Shown piece by piece: positions 13,331-27,974 of a stretch of DNA of 64,000 nucleotides. Source of the DNA: the human T2T-CHM13v2.0 reference genome, Homo sapiens. The notes beneath the pieces were generated by a model. It was not told the DNA's origin. It searched no databases and saw nothing but the letters and a program-made list of their open reading frames with translations. The stretch is from assembly GCF_009914755.1 (NCBI RefSeq), contig NC_060941.1. One strand, 5' to 3'. Within the stretch, counting starts at the first letter, position 1; each line of letters opens with the position of its first letter. The translations under genes were made by a program, and so were the position numbers.

Positions 13331-15253
13331 ACTCCTGTCTCAGTCCCTCCATGTGCTTCTTTTGCAAAGAAATGTATATTCTCTCTACCCCCAAGAACAC
13401 AGGGGAGGGGGTTCCCCAGGGACCTGCCCACGGGACACAGGCTTTGGGGCAGGAGAGAGCAGGGTGTGCCGTTTAGAGGTGAACTTGGACTCGGTACTCG
13501 CCTTCTGAGCCTCACTTCCTCATCTGTAAGTTGGTGGTAACAGGCCCCCCCACACCCCAGGTTGCAGATGAGGGGATCAAGGGAGACGGTCATGAAAGTG
13601 CTCAGCACCATAAAAGGTTAGGTAGGCGGCAACCTCAGACCTTTATAGCCATGCCTGTCTCAGTGAAGGCAGCCAGCATCCATCAGTCACACAAGCCACA
13701 ACCCAGCACTCATCCTGGGCCCCCATCGTCCCTCCTTCCTGCCCAGATAATCCATCTCCAAGAACTCAAATCTCTCTCCAACCTCTCAATTCCCCTTCAG
13801 CCCCGTCCCTGATCTCTGCTGCCACCGCCCACGCCCACACCAAGGCCGCCCAGCAGATCTCTCTACCCCACCGCGCTGTCCTCCAGCTGGTTCCCGACAT
13901 GGCAGCCAGGCCGATCTTCTCAAGAGGCAAATCTAATCATGTCACCTCTCCCATCCCTCCCAACTTAAAAGCCATCAGAGGCTTCCCGCTGCTCTGGGGT
14001 GACCACCGCCTCACTTCATACGGCATTCGGGCCGGCCCTGCCTCCTGCTCTACTTCCTCAGCCCCGACCCTCTGAGCTCCAGCCGTGTGGGCCGTTTGTC
14101 AGCCCCTGGTCCTTCTGCCACAGGACCTTTGCACGTGTTGCCCCCTCTGTGTGGCCACGCTGTCTCTTCATTAACCTACACACCCCTCGGACCTCAGCAA
14201 AAGCACCACATCTTCAAGGAAGACTTCCGCAACACTCCTTCCACAATGAGAGCCTCCAGAATGGGCTCCTGCCTCTTCTCCGCTGTCAAGGTTGTGATTT
14301 TACCCTCCGCTGTGTGGCTGCAGGGCTCCTGTGACTTCCCCTGCTGGGCCGTCATCTTCCCAAGGGCAGAGGCCACGTCTATTTCTGTTCACCCTCCTGC
14401 TCCCTGTGCCCGGCACAGTGACTATTTGCAGAAGAACGGATTGAACAAATGGAAGCTACTTAAGATATTACAGTTGAAAAAGCAAGACAGGCTCCCTCCC
14501 GGAACATGCCGACCTGCCGGGAAGACAAGCTGCACGGAGGCGTGAAGGCACTCGCTCAGCGACACGAGGCAGGGTCCAATCACGTCCACATTGAGTGATG
14601 CTGACCAGCAGGACTGTGGGAGGCCAAACCAGGGAGAGCCACACAGCGGGCGAGTGTCCGAGGAGGTGGGGTGGTGGCCAGGTGGGCCTCAGTCTCAGGG
14701 TATGGAGCATAAACCCAGGCTGGCCCGGCCACAGGGGAAATGACTCCGGGAATCCTTCACTGAGGGTGGGAAGCGGGGATGTTTACCAGACCATTCCCAT
14801 GACGGCTCCTGCCTGCCTCCCCCGGGGTGCGTGCCGCGGCCGCCTATGTGTGCAGACCCGTCCCAAGGCCTGATCAGGCACCTTCCTCAATGTCCTTCTT
14901 ATCCAGGGCCACTTCAGTGACATTTCTGCTTCCTGCGACTCCCCGTCCCACCCCTTCTCCTTCCCAGATGGCACCCAAGAGTCACAATGCGACAGAAGGT
15001 TCTGCTGGGCCACTCCAAAGTTCAGGTACTTCATGCCCAGGCTGGCCTTTGAGTCCTCACCGATCCATTTCATGATGAGGAATTCCACCACGCTCCCGCA
15101 GATCAGAAGACGGGAAGGGGCTTAGTGCCAATGTAGGGGGAGGGAAGGAAACTGCTCTGAAAGCAGACGCCGCCATCTCACAGCACCCGCGGTCTGGAGT
15201 CAGTCACTGGCAGCCTCACACTCCTGGACGGGCCGGGACAGCTTCACAGCGTC

Positions 15254-15436
15254 ACCATCCATGGCACAGAGAGGGCTGTTCACGAGCCTCACTCGACCGA
15301 AAAGGGTGAAACTGCGCTCAAACGTCCTGTACAAGGAGGCCTGGACCATCCATGGCACAGAGAGGGCTGTTCATGAGCCTCACTCGACCGAAACGGGTGA
15401 AACTGCCCTCAAACGTTGCGTACAAGGAGGCCTGGA
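15254..15436. repeat. Two-copy 91-bp tandem duplication
   Basis: atggcacagagagggctgttca at 15261 and 15352; both copies end tacaaggaggcctgga. Confidence 0.92.
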
Positions 15437-15629
15437 AAACGTACGCTGTGCTGTGGAGATGAACACTGAAGATGGCTGGTTTAAACGTGTGGAGCTTCAA
15501 TTCACAAACATGTTTTCTATACTGTAGGGAAGGCATTATTCTAAGAATGCCGAAAACAAACAAGACACGGCCCTTTGTCCTCAAAGAGTGTCCCGTTGAA
15601 CGGAGTAGTTTATCCACTAGCAAAACTCA

Positions 15630-15881
<252 letters not shown>

Positions 15882-18119
15882 TTACAGAGGGGTCATCCCC
15901 CTGCCCCGATAAAATAGGATAAGAAATAGCTACGTCTGAATGGCCTCGGTGCATGCACAAAGCAGCATAATGAGAGCCTCCACGTGTGTGTTTCATGCCA
16001 CACAATGTGCTCCTGATGCCAGAAACCAAATCTTCAAAAGGGAAAATCTTACTAGGTTTAGGGGAGAGCTTTGCAGCAACAAAGACGATGATGATGTAAA
16101 TAGAAAAGTGACGAAATGACAACGAAGCTGTGTGGGGCAATATTCACCATAAGCTGTTAAGTTAAAAAAAGCACGTTGGAAACAGTCTGCATAGCAGGGC
16201 GCTCCACCACGTAAATATGTAGATGTGCCTACATCTATGGAGGAGTCTATATATACACAGAGGACAATCTAGAAAGATATCAGCCCAAATGGAAATCAAA
16301 CTGTGCAAAGTCAAAATCTATTTTAAATGGATAAGCAGAATTCCTATTTAAAGGAAGCTTATGCTAAATGCTTTGGAAAGTCACTTGCCCCAACTTCATT
16401 TTTTGACCAGGTCTGGATTTTTGCAGGTCAGGATGGATTAAAGCAGCTGAAAGTGTCCACGCAGACAGGCAGGAGACAGCCACAGTGGCTGACTGTGGCT
16501 CAAGTGTAATCAGGCCTGTGCACCCCCACAGCGGGTCCCAGATGGTGTCCCCGGGTCACCGGCCCCTCCGATCATAAGCTCAGCCCTGCTCAGCCCCTGA
16601 AGTGCCATCCGCCAGGCTTGGAGAAGCATCACCTGCCCCAGTGGGCCAGCAGCGGAAAGGCTGGATACAGCTCTGTTGCTATAGACGCTGTCTGGAACCC
16701 AGGCCCTGCTGCCAAATGACTTTAAACGTATAGACAGTTCAGATATTGATGTATATAATTACAAATATTTATATACTTTCTCGGGTACTTATGCTTACAC
16801 TAGGCACCAAGCTAGCTGTTTTATGCAGAATCTCATTTAATTTTCAAAACAGCCCTATGGGGTGGGTATGACTGTTCCTGTTTTACACAAGGGATCTGAG
16901 ACTTGAGGTTAAGCAGCTCGACGTGGGGACCTGGGATGCGAACCCTGTTCAGTCTGAGCCTCGGTCCCGGGCTCCTGCTGCCCCAGCCGGGCCTGGCTGC
17001 CTGGCTAGCACACTCTTGCAGGCCCTCATCCTCCCGCCTGGACCCAACTTCACCCTCCCCACCCCGAGGTAAGGCAAGGCTGGATCCCTGGGCCCTCTCC
17101 TCTTCCAGAACGACAGATGAGGTCAAGCTTCAAGTGGGAGGGGCACAGCCAGGCCCCTCTTCCCATTCGTTAGGACACAGCCCGGGGGCCAGCAGCGCTG
17201 GGAGCACGCCGAGCCCTGGACCTTACCCCGACTACCCACAAATACCAAGTCACAGAAGGCCCCAAGGAGGCACAGCCTTAATGCCAGCCACCTGCTGCCG
17301 GGTCTGAGACAGAAGCCAGAGGCAAGTGGAGAAACATTTCAGGAGGAAGGCAAGTCTCCCTGGACTTCCCACCCCACGTCCTCCATCCTGGCTGCTGGCG
17401 GCTCCCAGGGGAACCAGCCACTCAGGGCCGAGCCGCCTCTCTTTACCAAGGCTTCCGGCAGGCCCTTCCCCTCCATCGGAAGAGCCTCTGACATGGCCTG
17501 GGGACCACCTGCGAGCCTCAGGCCTGTGCCAGCCCCCAGCCACCTCTCCCAGTTGAAAGCAAGCACCATCATTTCCTGTGGCTTTCAAGCTCGGCTTCCA
17601 AAACACCAAACACCTCCTCCCTCCGCCTGCCACTCATGCAGTTACCACTGCGTCCCGAGTGGAGAGGAGGGTTAAAAAAGGCAACAGCATCAGCTGTTGA
17701 CTATTAACATTCACAGAGCACATAATAAGAAATCATGACTTGGACGGGGCTTCGGATCATTTCTGCACTCGTGCCTCTGCGAGTGTCAGTCTCAGGGAAA
17801 TCGGGGTATTCAGACGAGATGAAGCCGCCAGGATGGCTGGGGGCCGGGCGTCCGGGGGTGGGGCAGCGGGGTCCAGGGGCCTCAGTTAACCCCTTCCCGG
17901 TCCTGGTTAACCTCTGCATCCCCTCAGTCCCAGAGAGGTTTCTGCATCTTTTCCGGCAGGACACGGGAAACAGGAGGTTTGAGCCATCGAGAACTGGGCT
18001 GAGGGCCGTGCAGCACCGGTGATGGGAGCACGGTGCACTCAACAGGAGCTTCGGCCAAGGGGTGGATGGGATGGCTACATCAGAAGGTGGGAGGAGGGTT
18101 TTTAAAAACCAGCAAATCT

Positions 18120-18423
18120 GGTCGGGTGCGGTGGCTCACGCCTGTAATCCCAGCAATTTGGGAGGCTGAGGTGGGCGGATCGCCTGAGGTCAGGAGTTCA
18201 ACACCAACCTGGCCAACAAGGCGAAACCCCGTCTCTACTAAAAATACAAAAATTAGCCGGGCGTGGTGGTACTCACCTGGAATCCCAGCTACTTGGTGGC
18301 TGAGGTAGGAGAACTGCTTGAAACCAGAAGTCGGAAGTTGCAGTGAGCTGAGATTGCACCACTGCATTACAGCCTGGGTGACAGAGCAAGACTCGGTCTC
18401 AAAAAAATAAAATTAAAATAAAA
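18120..18423 (+). mobile_element. Alu (S-like)
   Basis: Full dimer with A tail. Confidence 0.93.
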
Positions 18424-18603
18424 CCCAGCAAATCTAATAATGTTCAATCAAAGGGGAAAGCACAGGACGTGGGGCTTGGTCTCCAGGGGTTCCTGAGTTC
18501 ATTCAGCATCTGTGGAGGACACAGTGGTGCCAGGTACGAGCCCAGTGTGAGGTGTGAGGTGTGAGGAGTGCTGATGGGATGAAGAGACGTACAAACGCCA
18601 GCA

Positions 18604-18836
18604 TGGGATGGACCACTTGAGCCCAGGTGATCAAGACCAGCCTGGGCAACATAGCAAGACCCCGTCTCTACAAAAAAAAAATACAAAAATTAGCCGAGCA
18701 TGCTGGTGCACACCTGCAGTCACAGCTACTTGGAAGAATCGTTTGAGCTCAGAAGGTCGAGGCTGCAGTGAGTTGTGATTGCACCACAGCACTGCAGCCT
18801 GGGTGACAGAGTGAGACCCAGACTCGAATTTTAAAA
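18604..18836 (+). mobile_element. 5'-truncated Alu (J-like)
   Basis: cacttgagcccagg..gaccagcctgggcaacatagcaagacc..cagcctgggtgacagagtgagacc. Confidence 0.85.
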
Positions 18837-18890
18837 AGGCCAACCTGAGTGGACACAGCATTAAGTCTGACCAGGACTGAAGAACACCTG

Positions 18891-20590
18891 TGCAGAAATG
18901 GACGGCAGAGGGAATGCACATCAGTGTGGGAGGGACAGAGATGCTGCAGAAATGGATGGGCAGAGGGAATGCACATCAGTGTGGGAGGGACAGAGGAGCT
19001 GCAGAAATGGACGGGCAGAGGAAATGCACATCAGTGTGGGAGGGACAGAGGGAATGCACATCAGTGTGGGAGGGACAGAGGAGCTGCAGAAATGGATGGA
19101 CAGAGGGAATGCACATCAGTGTGGGAGGGACACAGATGCTGTAGAAATGGAAAGCAGAGGGAATGCACATCAGTGTGGGAGGGACAGAGATGCTGCAGAA
19201 ATGGACGGGCAGAGGGAATGCACATCAGTGTGGGAAGGACAGAGGAGCTGCAGAAATGGACGGGCAGAGGGAATGCACATCAGTGTGGGAGGGACAGAGG
19301 GAATGCACATCAGTGTGGGAGGGACAGAGGAGCTGCAGAAATGGATGGACAGAGGGAATGCACATCAGTGTGGGAGGGACACAGATGCTGCAGAAATGGA
19401 CAGCAGAGGGAATGCACATCAGTGTGGGAGGGACAGAGATGCTGCAGAAATGGACGGGCAGAGGGAATGCACATCAGTGTGGGAGGGACAGAGGAGCTGC
19501 AGAAATGGACGGGCAGAGGGAATGCACATCAGTGTGGGAGGGACAGAGGAGCTGCAGAAATGGATGGACAGAGGGAATGCACATCAGTGTGGGAAGGACA
19601 CAGATGCTGCAGAAATGGAAAGCAGAGGGAATGCACATCAGTGTGGGAGGGACAGAGGAGCTGCAGAAATGGACGGGCAGAGGGAATGCACTTCAGTGTG
19701 GGAGGGACAGAGGAGCTGCAGAAATGGACAGCAGAGGGAATGCACATCAGTGTGGGAGGGACAGAGATGCTGCAGAAATGGATGGACAGAGGGAATGCAC
19801 ATCAGTGTGGGAGGGACACGGATGCTGCAGAAATGGAAAGCAGAGGGAATGCACATCAGTGTGGGAGGGACAGAGGAGCTGCAGAAATGGAGGGGCAGAG
19901 GGAATGCACATCAGTGTGGGAGGGACAGAGGAGCTGCAGAAATGGACAGCAGAGGGAATGCACATCAGTGTGGGAGGGACAGAGATGCTGCAGAAATGGA
20001 TGGACAGAGGGAATGCACATCAGTGTGGGAGGGACACAGATGCTGCAGAAATGGAAAGCAGAGGGAATGCACATCAGTGTGGGAGGGACAGAGGAGCTGC
20101 AGAAATGGACGGGCAGAGGGAATGCACTTCAGTGTGTGAGGGACAGAGGAGCTGCAGAAATGGACGGGCAGAGGGAATACACATCAGTGTGGGAGGGACA
20201 GAGGAGCTGCAGAAATGGATGGACAGAGGGAATGCACATCAGTGTGGGAGGGACAAAGGAGCTGCAGACATGAACGGGCAGAGGGAATGCACATCGGTGT
20301 GGGAGGGACAGAGGAGCTGCAGAAATGGATGGACAGAGGGAATGCACATCAGTGTGGGAGGGACAGAGGAGCTGCAGAAATGGATGGACAGAGGGAATGC
20401 ACATCAGTGTGGGAGGGACAGAGGAGCTGCAGAAATGGATGGACAGAGGGAATGCACATCAGTGTGGGAGGGACAGAGGAGCTGCAGAAATGGATGGACA
20501 GAGGGAATGCACATCAGTGTGGGAGGGACAGAGGAGCTGCAGACATGAACGGGCAGAGGGAATGCACATCGGTGTGGGAGGGACAGAGGA
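18891..20590. repeat. 54/55-bp VNTR, about 32 copies (GCAGAAATGGACGGGCAGAGGGAATGCACATCAGTGTGGGAGGGACAGAGGAGCT)
   Basis: Directly visible; includes 30-bp deleted units and a 218-bp four-unit sub-period. Confidence 0.97.
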
Positions 20591-21169
20591 ACTGTCCTCA
20601 CGGGGCTGGAGGACACAGCCAGGAGCAGCTCCTGGACCAGCTCCACCTTGGTAATGAGATTCAGGATGTCAAGCCCAGAGGCCAGGCGAGTCCCTCACGA
20701 GCTCGTTTCCGCCGATGGCTCGCCATGGCCACCACCAGTTGCACCTTCACCTCTGAGGGGCTGTGGGGGCAGTCAGAACCCGCAGGGCCCAAAGACGGGC
20801 TGTTCAACGTCACGCCCGCTTTTTTCAAACACACAATATTGTTTTGAAACTTCAAGTCACATATGAAAAAAAGGGTGTGGAAGGGTTCTACGTGTATCAA
20901 AAGGGAGCCTGGGTTTTGAAACGTGGATCAATGCTGCTCTAACGTCCTGCCGGAGAAGGAAAAGGAACCCACCAGCTCTGCTCAGGAGGCCTCTTGGGGG
21001 TCTCCAGAATCATCCCCTTCAAGCATCCAAGGGGACAAGGCTGGGTCTCGTGGGGCATTGTGTGAGGACAAACCGTAACACCGATTTTCCCCAGGGGGTG
21101 AGTGAGGACTGGAAATCAACATGCATCCATAGCCACCCCTCTGCGGAGAGTTCCATCAGGAGCTCTGGA

Positions 21170-21770
21170 ACACAACTCTCTCCAAGCCAACATGATGAAG
21201 ACTCCACAAAAACCCAAGACGTCGGGGCTTGGGGCGATTCCAGATATAGCTGAACACGTGGAGGTTCTTGAGGGGAGGCCCCAGAGGGGATCCAACAGCC
21301 CCTCGCCTATCCCCACATGCCCCACCCAGGGCACCTCTCCCATCTGGCGGCTGCCTTGTTCATCTGTGCACTTTGTAATATCCTTCGTCATAAACCAGTC
21401 AACATAAGCAAAGTGTTTCTCTGCGAGTTCTGTGAGCCACTCTAGCAAATTATCGAACCCAAAGTATGGGTTGTGGGAACCCCGATTCACAGCCAGCTGC
21501 TCAGAAGTTCCAGAGGTCTGGACGTGTGACTGGCATCTGAGGCGGGGGACAGTCCTGGGACCGAGCCCTCGTCCTGCGGGATCTGATGCTACCTCCGGGT
21601 AGACAGCGTCTGAACTGAGCACAGCCCACTGGAGAATGTGCTGCGGATCGGGCGTGGGTGGGAGAAATCCACACACATCTTGGTGACCAGAGGTCCCAGG
21701 AGTGTGCTGTGTTGAGTAACTGTAAGAGAATAGGAAAAACCACTTTGCTTGGTGTTTTCCTCTATTTTCA
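21170..21770 (+). mobile_element. MER21-like LTR
   Basis: gagttctgtgagccactctagcaaattatcgaaccc..tcagaagttccagagg..gactggcatctga..cacacatcttggtgaccaga. Confidence 0.7.
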
Positions 21771-22513
21771 GAGCCTGATGCCCAAGACACTGAAGTCCTG
21801 TGCTTCCGGAAGGCTTAAAACCTCCCAGGAGGGTGAGGCAGCAGCCTCGGTCCTCTCTCCACCATCCCCTTCCCTAGAATCTGGTGAAGAGCAAGGTTGG
21901 TCACAGGTCAGGGCTGATGTTGCCAAGGGCATTCCGCAAACACTTGTAAGTCCCCGTTACTCCCGGGCCCTGGACTAGCCAGCGGACAGGGAGGCTTCAC
22001 GAGCTGATGGGGAGAGAGGCAAGAAAATGACACACGGACGAACATGCAAACTTCCCTCCCTGGCCCCCACCTCTCTCTAGTCCTGTCCCCACCGGCCTTG
22101 CCAAGCCCACCACGCCAGCCCCACACTTTGCTGTCCTCTCCCAACCCTCTAGCCACCTCTCTGCCTCCGTGCCCTGTGGCTCACACCTGGCAAACTTCTA
22201 CACATCCTTCAGGAACCCTGACATTTCCTCCTCCATGACCCAGTGCCAGGGTCCACCAGAAACTGAGTCAGCACAGACCACCCAGCCAAAGTCAGGAGAC
22301 CGTCCACGTCCTCCAGCTCTGCCCCCACCAGCTCAGTGTGGGGTGCTGGGGCCCCTCAGTAGCCCTCCCCCGACCCCAATCTCAGGGGTAGAGCACCGGC
22401 CTCTCTGATGTTCCAGGATTATCATAACTCTTAAAAGGTCAGTCCGTAAAAATACCCTCTCCCTTCCCTGTGTTCGTTCCCATGCCTGGGATACAGTCAA
22501 CAGTCTCCAAGCC

Positions 22514-22820
<307 letters not shown>

Positions 22821-24054
22821 ATTCCCAGCCAGCAAATACATGTTATTGGAACTTATCTTTTATCTGAAAAATACAGCAGACTAGACAAACATTGTAGAAT
22901 TTCTTAATATTCTAACAGCAACAGCACACTAGCGATCCCTTAGGGACCCTGGTTATGCACAGAACGGAGCTCCAAGGAGGGGGACGGCAGGTCGGGGCCG
23001 GGGGAGCCAGGCCTGGCCCTGGGCCTTAGAAATCCCAGCTGGGGATTTCACTCACGCTGCTCAAGTCAGCAGGCTGCAGCCGGGGAATGAACTGAGGGCC
23101 TCGGATACCACGTGGGGGTGTTTTCGACTTTATGCTGCTGGCAGTAGGGAGCCACTGAAGGCTTCGGGGGGAGGGAGGGGGACAGTGACCTAATCGGAGC
23201 TGCACTTGAACAAGCAGAGGAGTAGAGGATGCACTGGAAAGCGAATGAGACTCGTCCACAGTCTGGAACCCAGTGGGGGCCCTGCAATGGCCCAGCAGCC
23301 CCTCCCCTGGGTTGGCAACCCAGGTACTCAGGCCTCACTCCCTGCAGGGCCCGAATGCCGCTGCTGTCTGAGCCTGTATGTGGTTCCTGGGCAGAAGGTC
23401 TCACCCTTCTCTGCCTCAGTTTATCCATCTGTAACCTGGGGCAGACCCCTCCCTCCCTCCCTCCCACGGAAGGCAGGACAAGGGTAAGAGGAGAGTCTGG
23501 AAGGAGAGGGCTAAAGGGGCCTCCGGTGAGGGCCTGATTCTCAGTGTTGAGGCCCAGGCTAAAAGGACCCTGGGGGAAATGAACCCGCTCCCTCTTTTCC
23601 ACTCAGCTTCCCCATCAGCAGAAGAGCTGCCCCCCGTGTCCTCCCACAGGGAACAAGACGGGCCAAGTCCATCCCCAGTTAAGGTCCGTGAACAGCAAAC
23701 AGCTGCAGGGAAATGTCCCAGCGGGAAGCACAGGGGCGACTGGAGGCCGGTGAAGAATCGCAGGCCTCCCGAAGTGTGCCAGCTTGCAGGGCACGGCCGA
23801 CGAGGTGTGCGGCACGGGGCCGCGCCAGACTGCAAATGTCATTATCTGTTATTTACCACAACAGAGGACGAGAGGCTGCACAAAATTACCGCACTTGGCA
23901 ACGGCTGCTGAGTGGATTTGCCAACGATGCTTCTTCCTGCTGCCAGAGGCTACACTGACCAGACCCAGGGAAGACGGCCACTGAGCCTAGGGGGCAGGTG
24001 TCCCGGGGGAGAAGGAGTCCCTGCAGGACAGCCCTGACCAGTGTCCCAGGTACC

Positions 24055-24660
24055 CCAGCCTAGGCCCGCAGAATCTCTCACCCGCTCTAGCAGGGGCTGG
24101 CCCAGCCTAGGCCTGCAGAATCTCTCACCCACTCTAGAAGGGGCTGGCCCAGCCTAGGCCTGCAGAATCTCTTACCCGCTCTAGCAGGGGCTGGCCCAGC
24201 CTAGACCTGCAGAATCTCTCACCCGGTCTAGCAGGGGCTGGCCCATAGGCCTGCAGAATCTCTCACCCGCTCTAGCAGGGGCTGGCCCAGCCTAGACCTG
24301 CAGAATCTCTCACCCACTCTAGAAGGGGCTGGCCCAGCCTAGACCTGCAGAATCTCTCACCCGCTCTAGCAGGGGCTGGCCCAGCCTAGACCTGCAGAAT
24401 CTCTCACCCACTCTAGCAGGGGCTGGCCCATAGGCCTGCAGAATCTCTCACCCGCTCTAGCAGGGGCTGGCCCAGCCTAGGCCCGCAGAATCTCTTACCC
24501 GCTCTAGCAGGGGCTGGCCCAGCCTAGGCCTGCAGAATCTCTCACCCGCTCTAGCAGGGGCTGGCCCAGCCTAGACCTGCAGAAGCTCTCACCCACTCTA
24601 GCAGGGGCTGCCACAGCCTAGGCCTGCAGAATCTCTCACCCACTCTAGCAGGGGCTGGCC
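24055..24660. repeat. 47-bp VNTR, about 13 copies (CCCAGCCTAGGCCTGCAGAATCTCTCACCCGCTCTAGCAGGGGCTGG)
   Basis: Period of 47 measured (24061 to 24108); two 44-bp variant units. Confidence 0.96.
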
Positions 24661-24991
24661 TCACAGTGAGGCTGGGCCGTGACTCCTCCACGTATCCAAC
24701 TATTGTCTAGCCAATGCAAAGGTGGGACAGACCAGGGCAAGGCCTCAGGCCCACTCTGTAGGGGCGCTGCCTCAGGGGGGCCCAGGGCTGGGTGCTACCT
24801 CTCACTCTGGATGCTCCGCCATAGGGGCTGCAATCCCTTCCCCAGCATCGTGGGCACGTAGCCGTCGGCCACCTCATTTCATCGGCCACCTTATTCGAAA
24901 GTGGGACGAGACATCACCTTCCTTTGGGGTCTCCTGCTCATCTTTAGATCTCTTTACATCTTAAAAGGTACATAGGCAAAGTTCTCTGGGC

Positions 24992-25418
24992 TTTTTTTTC
25001 TTGAGACAGGGTCTCACGCTGTCACCTAGGCTAGAGTGCAGTGGCGGGAGCACGGCTCACTGTAGCTTTAACCTCCCAGGCTTAAGCAATCCTCCCACCT
25101 CAGCCTCCCCAGTAGTTGAGATTATGGGTGCGCACCACCGTGCCTGGCTAATTTTTGTATTTTTTTGTAGAGAGGGGGTTTTGCCTTGTTGCCCGGGCTG
25201 GTCTCAAACTCCTGGGCTCAAGGGATCCTCCTGCCTTGGCCTCCCAAGTAGCTGGGACTGCAGGGGCACCACCAGGCCCACCTAATTTTTTTCATTTTTT
25301 ATTAAAACAGGGTCTCGCTTTATTGCCTGGGCTGGTCTCAAACTCCTGGCTTCCAGTGATCCTCCTACCTCGGCCTCCCAAAGTCCTGGAATTACAGGTG
25401 TGACCCACCGCGCCCGGC
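24992..25418 (-). mobile_element. Alu (J-like) plus adjacent extra left monomer
   Basis: Antisense dimer 24992-25282 followed by a monomer 25285-25418; taggcaaagt on both flanks is a possible TSD. Confidence 0.88.
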
Positions 25419-26804
25419 CTGTAGGCAAAGTCCTGAGCCGAGCTGTGACCACGCCTGGCCTGTAGGCAAAGTTCTGACCCGAGCCGTAGGAGTCATTGCA
25501 AGGCACTGGCTGTGTCATCGAGAGGGAGTCATCCCTCTGAGCGTCTGTGTCTCCATCTGGAAAACGAGTATGAACACTGCCTTGCCTTTTGCCTGCCCAT
25601 CTCCTGGGGGCCATGAGGGACACATGACATCATGGAAATGTCAGGCACAGCGGCTCTCAGAAGCACCCCCACCCTGACTTCCTCCCGCTCAGAGGGCACA
25701 GACTCACTACGGCCTGAGCCAAAGCGAACTGGGCGGCAAACCTGCCACAGCTTTAAAATAACCACAATCGAGCTGTGTCCCAGAGGCACAGAGGCGAGAG
25801 CTTCGGCTCCCAGCCCAGCTGCTGCCACTGCGGCATCTGCGGACTGCGAGGCTGCAAGGCCTGGACTGAGCCCGAGCTGCCTGGGAGGAAACCGCAGGCA
25901 GGCCCGAGAGAGTCTCTCGTCCAGCCTTTGCCTGTCACTGGAAGGCCAGAGAGGGAAACAGATTTTCATCTGAGGTCACGCAGGAGGTTCTGAGCACAGC
26001 TGTCTCCCGACTCTCGCAGGTGTAGCAGGCCAGGCAGGTCCACGGAGTCACCCCGCCCCACCCACTACGTCCGTCCTTCGATTTACACAAGGTCCAAGGA
26101 GCCGTTGCAGGGAATGAACTTGAGCCACGCCTTCAGCTGGATTTCAGACGTGGGCAGGTGTGTCTGTGTGCGGTGCGGGGAGGAGAGAGGAAGCCATCGG
26201 AGCCACACTGCAGAGAGGGCCGTGTCCCCAGGAGAGATTCGGACCCCAGGATGAGGCTAAGCTCAACGGGAAACAGGATGGGAGGCGCCCGCCGTCGAGG
26301 GAGGGTGGATCCAGGCCCGGCCCTCCCGGCTGCCACCCACACTCACCCCAGGCCTGCCCAGCAGGTGTGTGAGCCGCCTGGAAAAGGGGAGCTACAGGGA
26401 AGGGTGAAAAAGCCCCGAATACAACACAGCTCCTAAAACTGGAATTCGATTTACATGTATAGTCATGGGACGATGTTTTTGATATCTTATTAAGTGGAAA
26501 AAGAAGATGAAAAAAGGAGTGTACATAGGCATCCACCCTGCGAACATTTGTGTGAGTGCGAAGAGACAGAGAAGGTGGGAGAAGGACAAACACCCAGACC
26601 CCGAAGGTCAGGGGCGGGAGCTTCGCATTTCACACACACCTCTGGTGTTTGACTTATTTTTTAGGGTTGGAATATCCTTGATATGTCATGTCTATGAGGC
26701 ATCCAAGTCAGACAATAAACTTGGCAGTTCTCTATAAGGTTCGAGGTGGAGATAAAGTCTGAGGTTTACAAAGTTAAGAACTAACAACGTAACTGTATCG
26801 TTAA

Positions 26805-27098
26805 GGTTGGCGGCTCATGCCTGCATCCCAGCAGTTTCAGAGGCTGAGCAGGAGGATCGCCTGAGGAGTCTGAGGCAGCCTGGGCAACATAACAAGGCCC
26901 AGTCTCCACAAAAAATGAGAAATTAGCCAGGAGTGGTGGCGCACACCTGTAGTCCCAGCTGCCCGGGAGGCTGAGGTGGGAGGATCACTGGAGCCCAGAG
27001 GGGTGAGGCTGCCGTGAGCTAAGATCACACCGCTGCACTCCAGCCGGGGCAGCACAGCGAGACCCTGTCTCAAAAAAACAATCACGAAAAAAAAAAAG
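26805..27098 (+). mobile_element. Alu (J-like)
   Basis: ggctcatgcctgcatcccagca..cctgtagtcccagct..gcactccagcc, A tail. Confidence 0.88.
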
Positions 27099-27166
27099 AT
27101 TTAACAACTTTGCAATGAATTAGATCACCCAGCAGTTATAAGAAAGAGGTTGGGGGGCAGGGAGGA

Positions 27167-27974
27167 AGGCTGTACTGAGGTTTTAATAATTATTGAGCAG
27201 TGACCGTGTCTCAGGAAAGAGATGGGGAGGGAGGGAGGCTGTACTGAGGTTTTAATAATTATTGAGCAGTGACCGTGTCTCAGGAAAGAGATGGGGAGGG
27301 AGGGAGGCTGTACTGAGGTTTTAATAATTATTGAGCAGTGACCGTGTCTCAGGAAAGAGATGGGGAGGGAGGGAGGCTGTACTGAGGTTTTAATAATTAT
27401 TGAGCAGTGACCGTGTCTCAGGAAAGAGATGGGGAGGGAGGGAGGCTGTACTGAGGTTTTAATAATTATTGAGCAGTGACCGTGTCTCAGGAAAGAGATG
27501 GGGAGGGAGGGAGGCTGTACTGAGGTTTTAATAATTATTGAGCAGTGACCGTGTCTCAGGAAAGAGGTGGGGAGGGAGGGAGGCTGTACTGAGGTTTTAA
27601 TAATTATTGAGCAGTGACCGTGTCTCAGGAAAGAGATGGGGAGGGAGGGAGGCTGTACTGAGGTTTTAATAATTATTGAGCAGTGACCGTGTCTCAGGAA
27701 AGAGATGGGGAGGGAGGGAGGCTGTACTGAGGTTTTAATAATTATTGAGCAGTGACCGTGTCTCAGGAAAGAGATGGGGAGGGAGGGAGGCTGTACTGAG
27801 GTTTTAATAATTATTGGGCAGTGACCGTGTCTCAGGAAAGAGATGGGGAGGGAGGGAGGCTGTACTGAGGTTTTAATAATTATTGAGCAGTGACCGTGTC
27901 TCAGGAAAGAGATGGGGAGGGAGGGAGGCTGTACTGAGGTTTTAATAATTATTGAGCAGTGACCGTGTCTCAGG
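27167..27974. repeat. 69-bp VNTR, about 12 near-identical copies
   Basis: GGCTGTACTGAGGTTTTAATAATTATTGAGCAGTGACCGTGTCTCAGGAAAGAGATGGGGAGGGAGGGA; 23-aa period in ORF 27125..28009. Confidence 0.98.
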
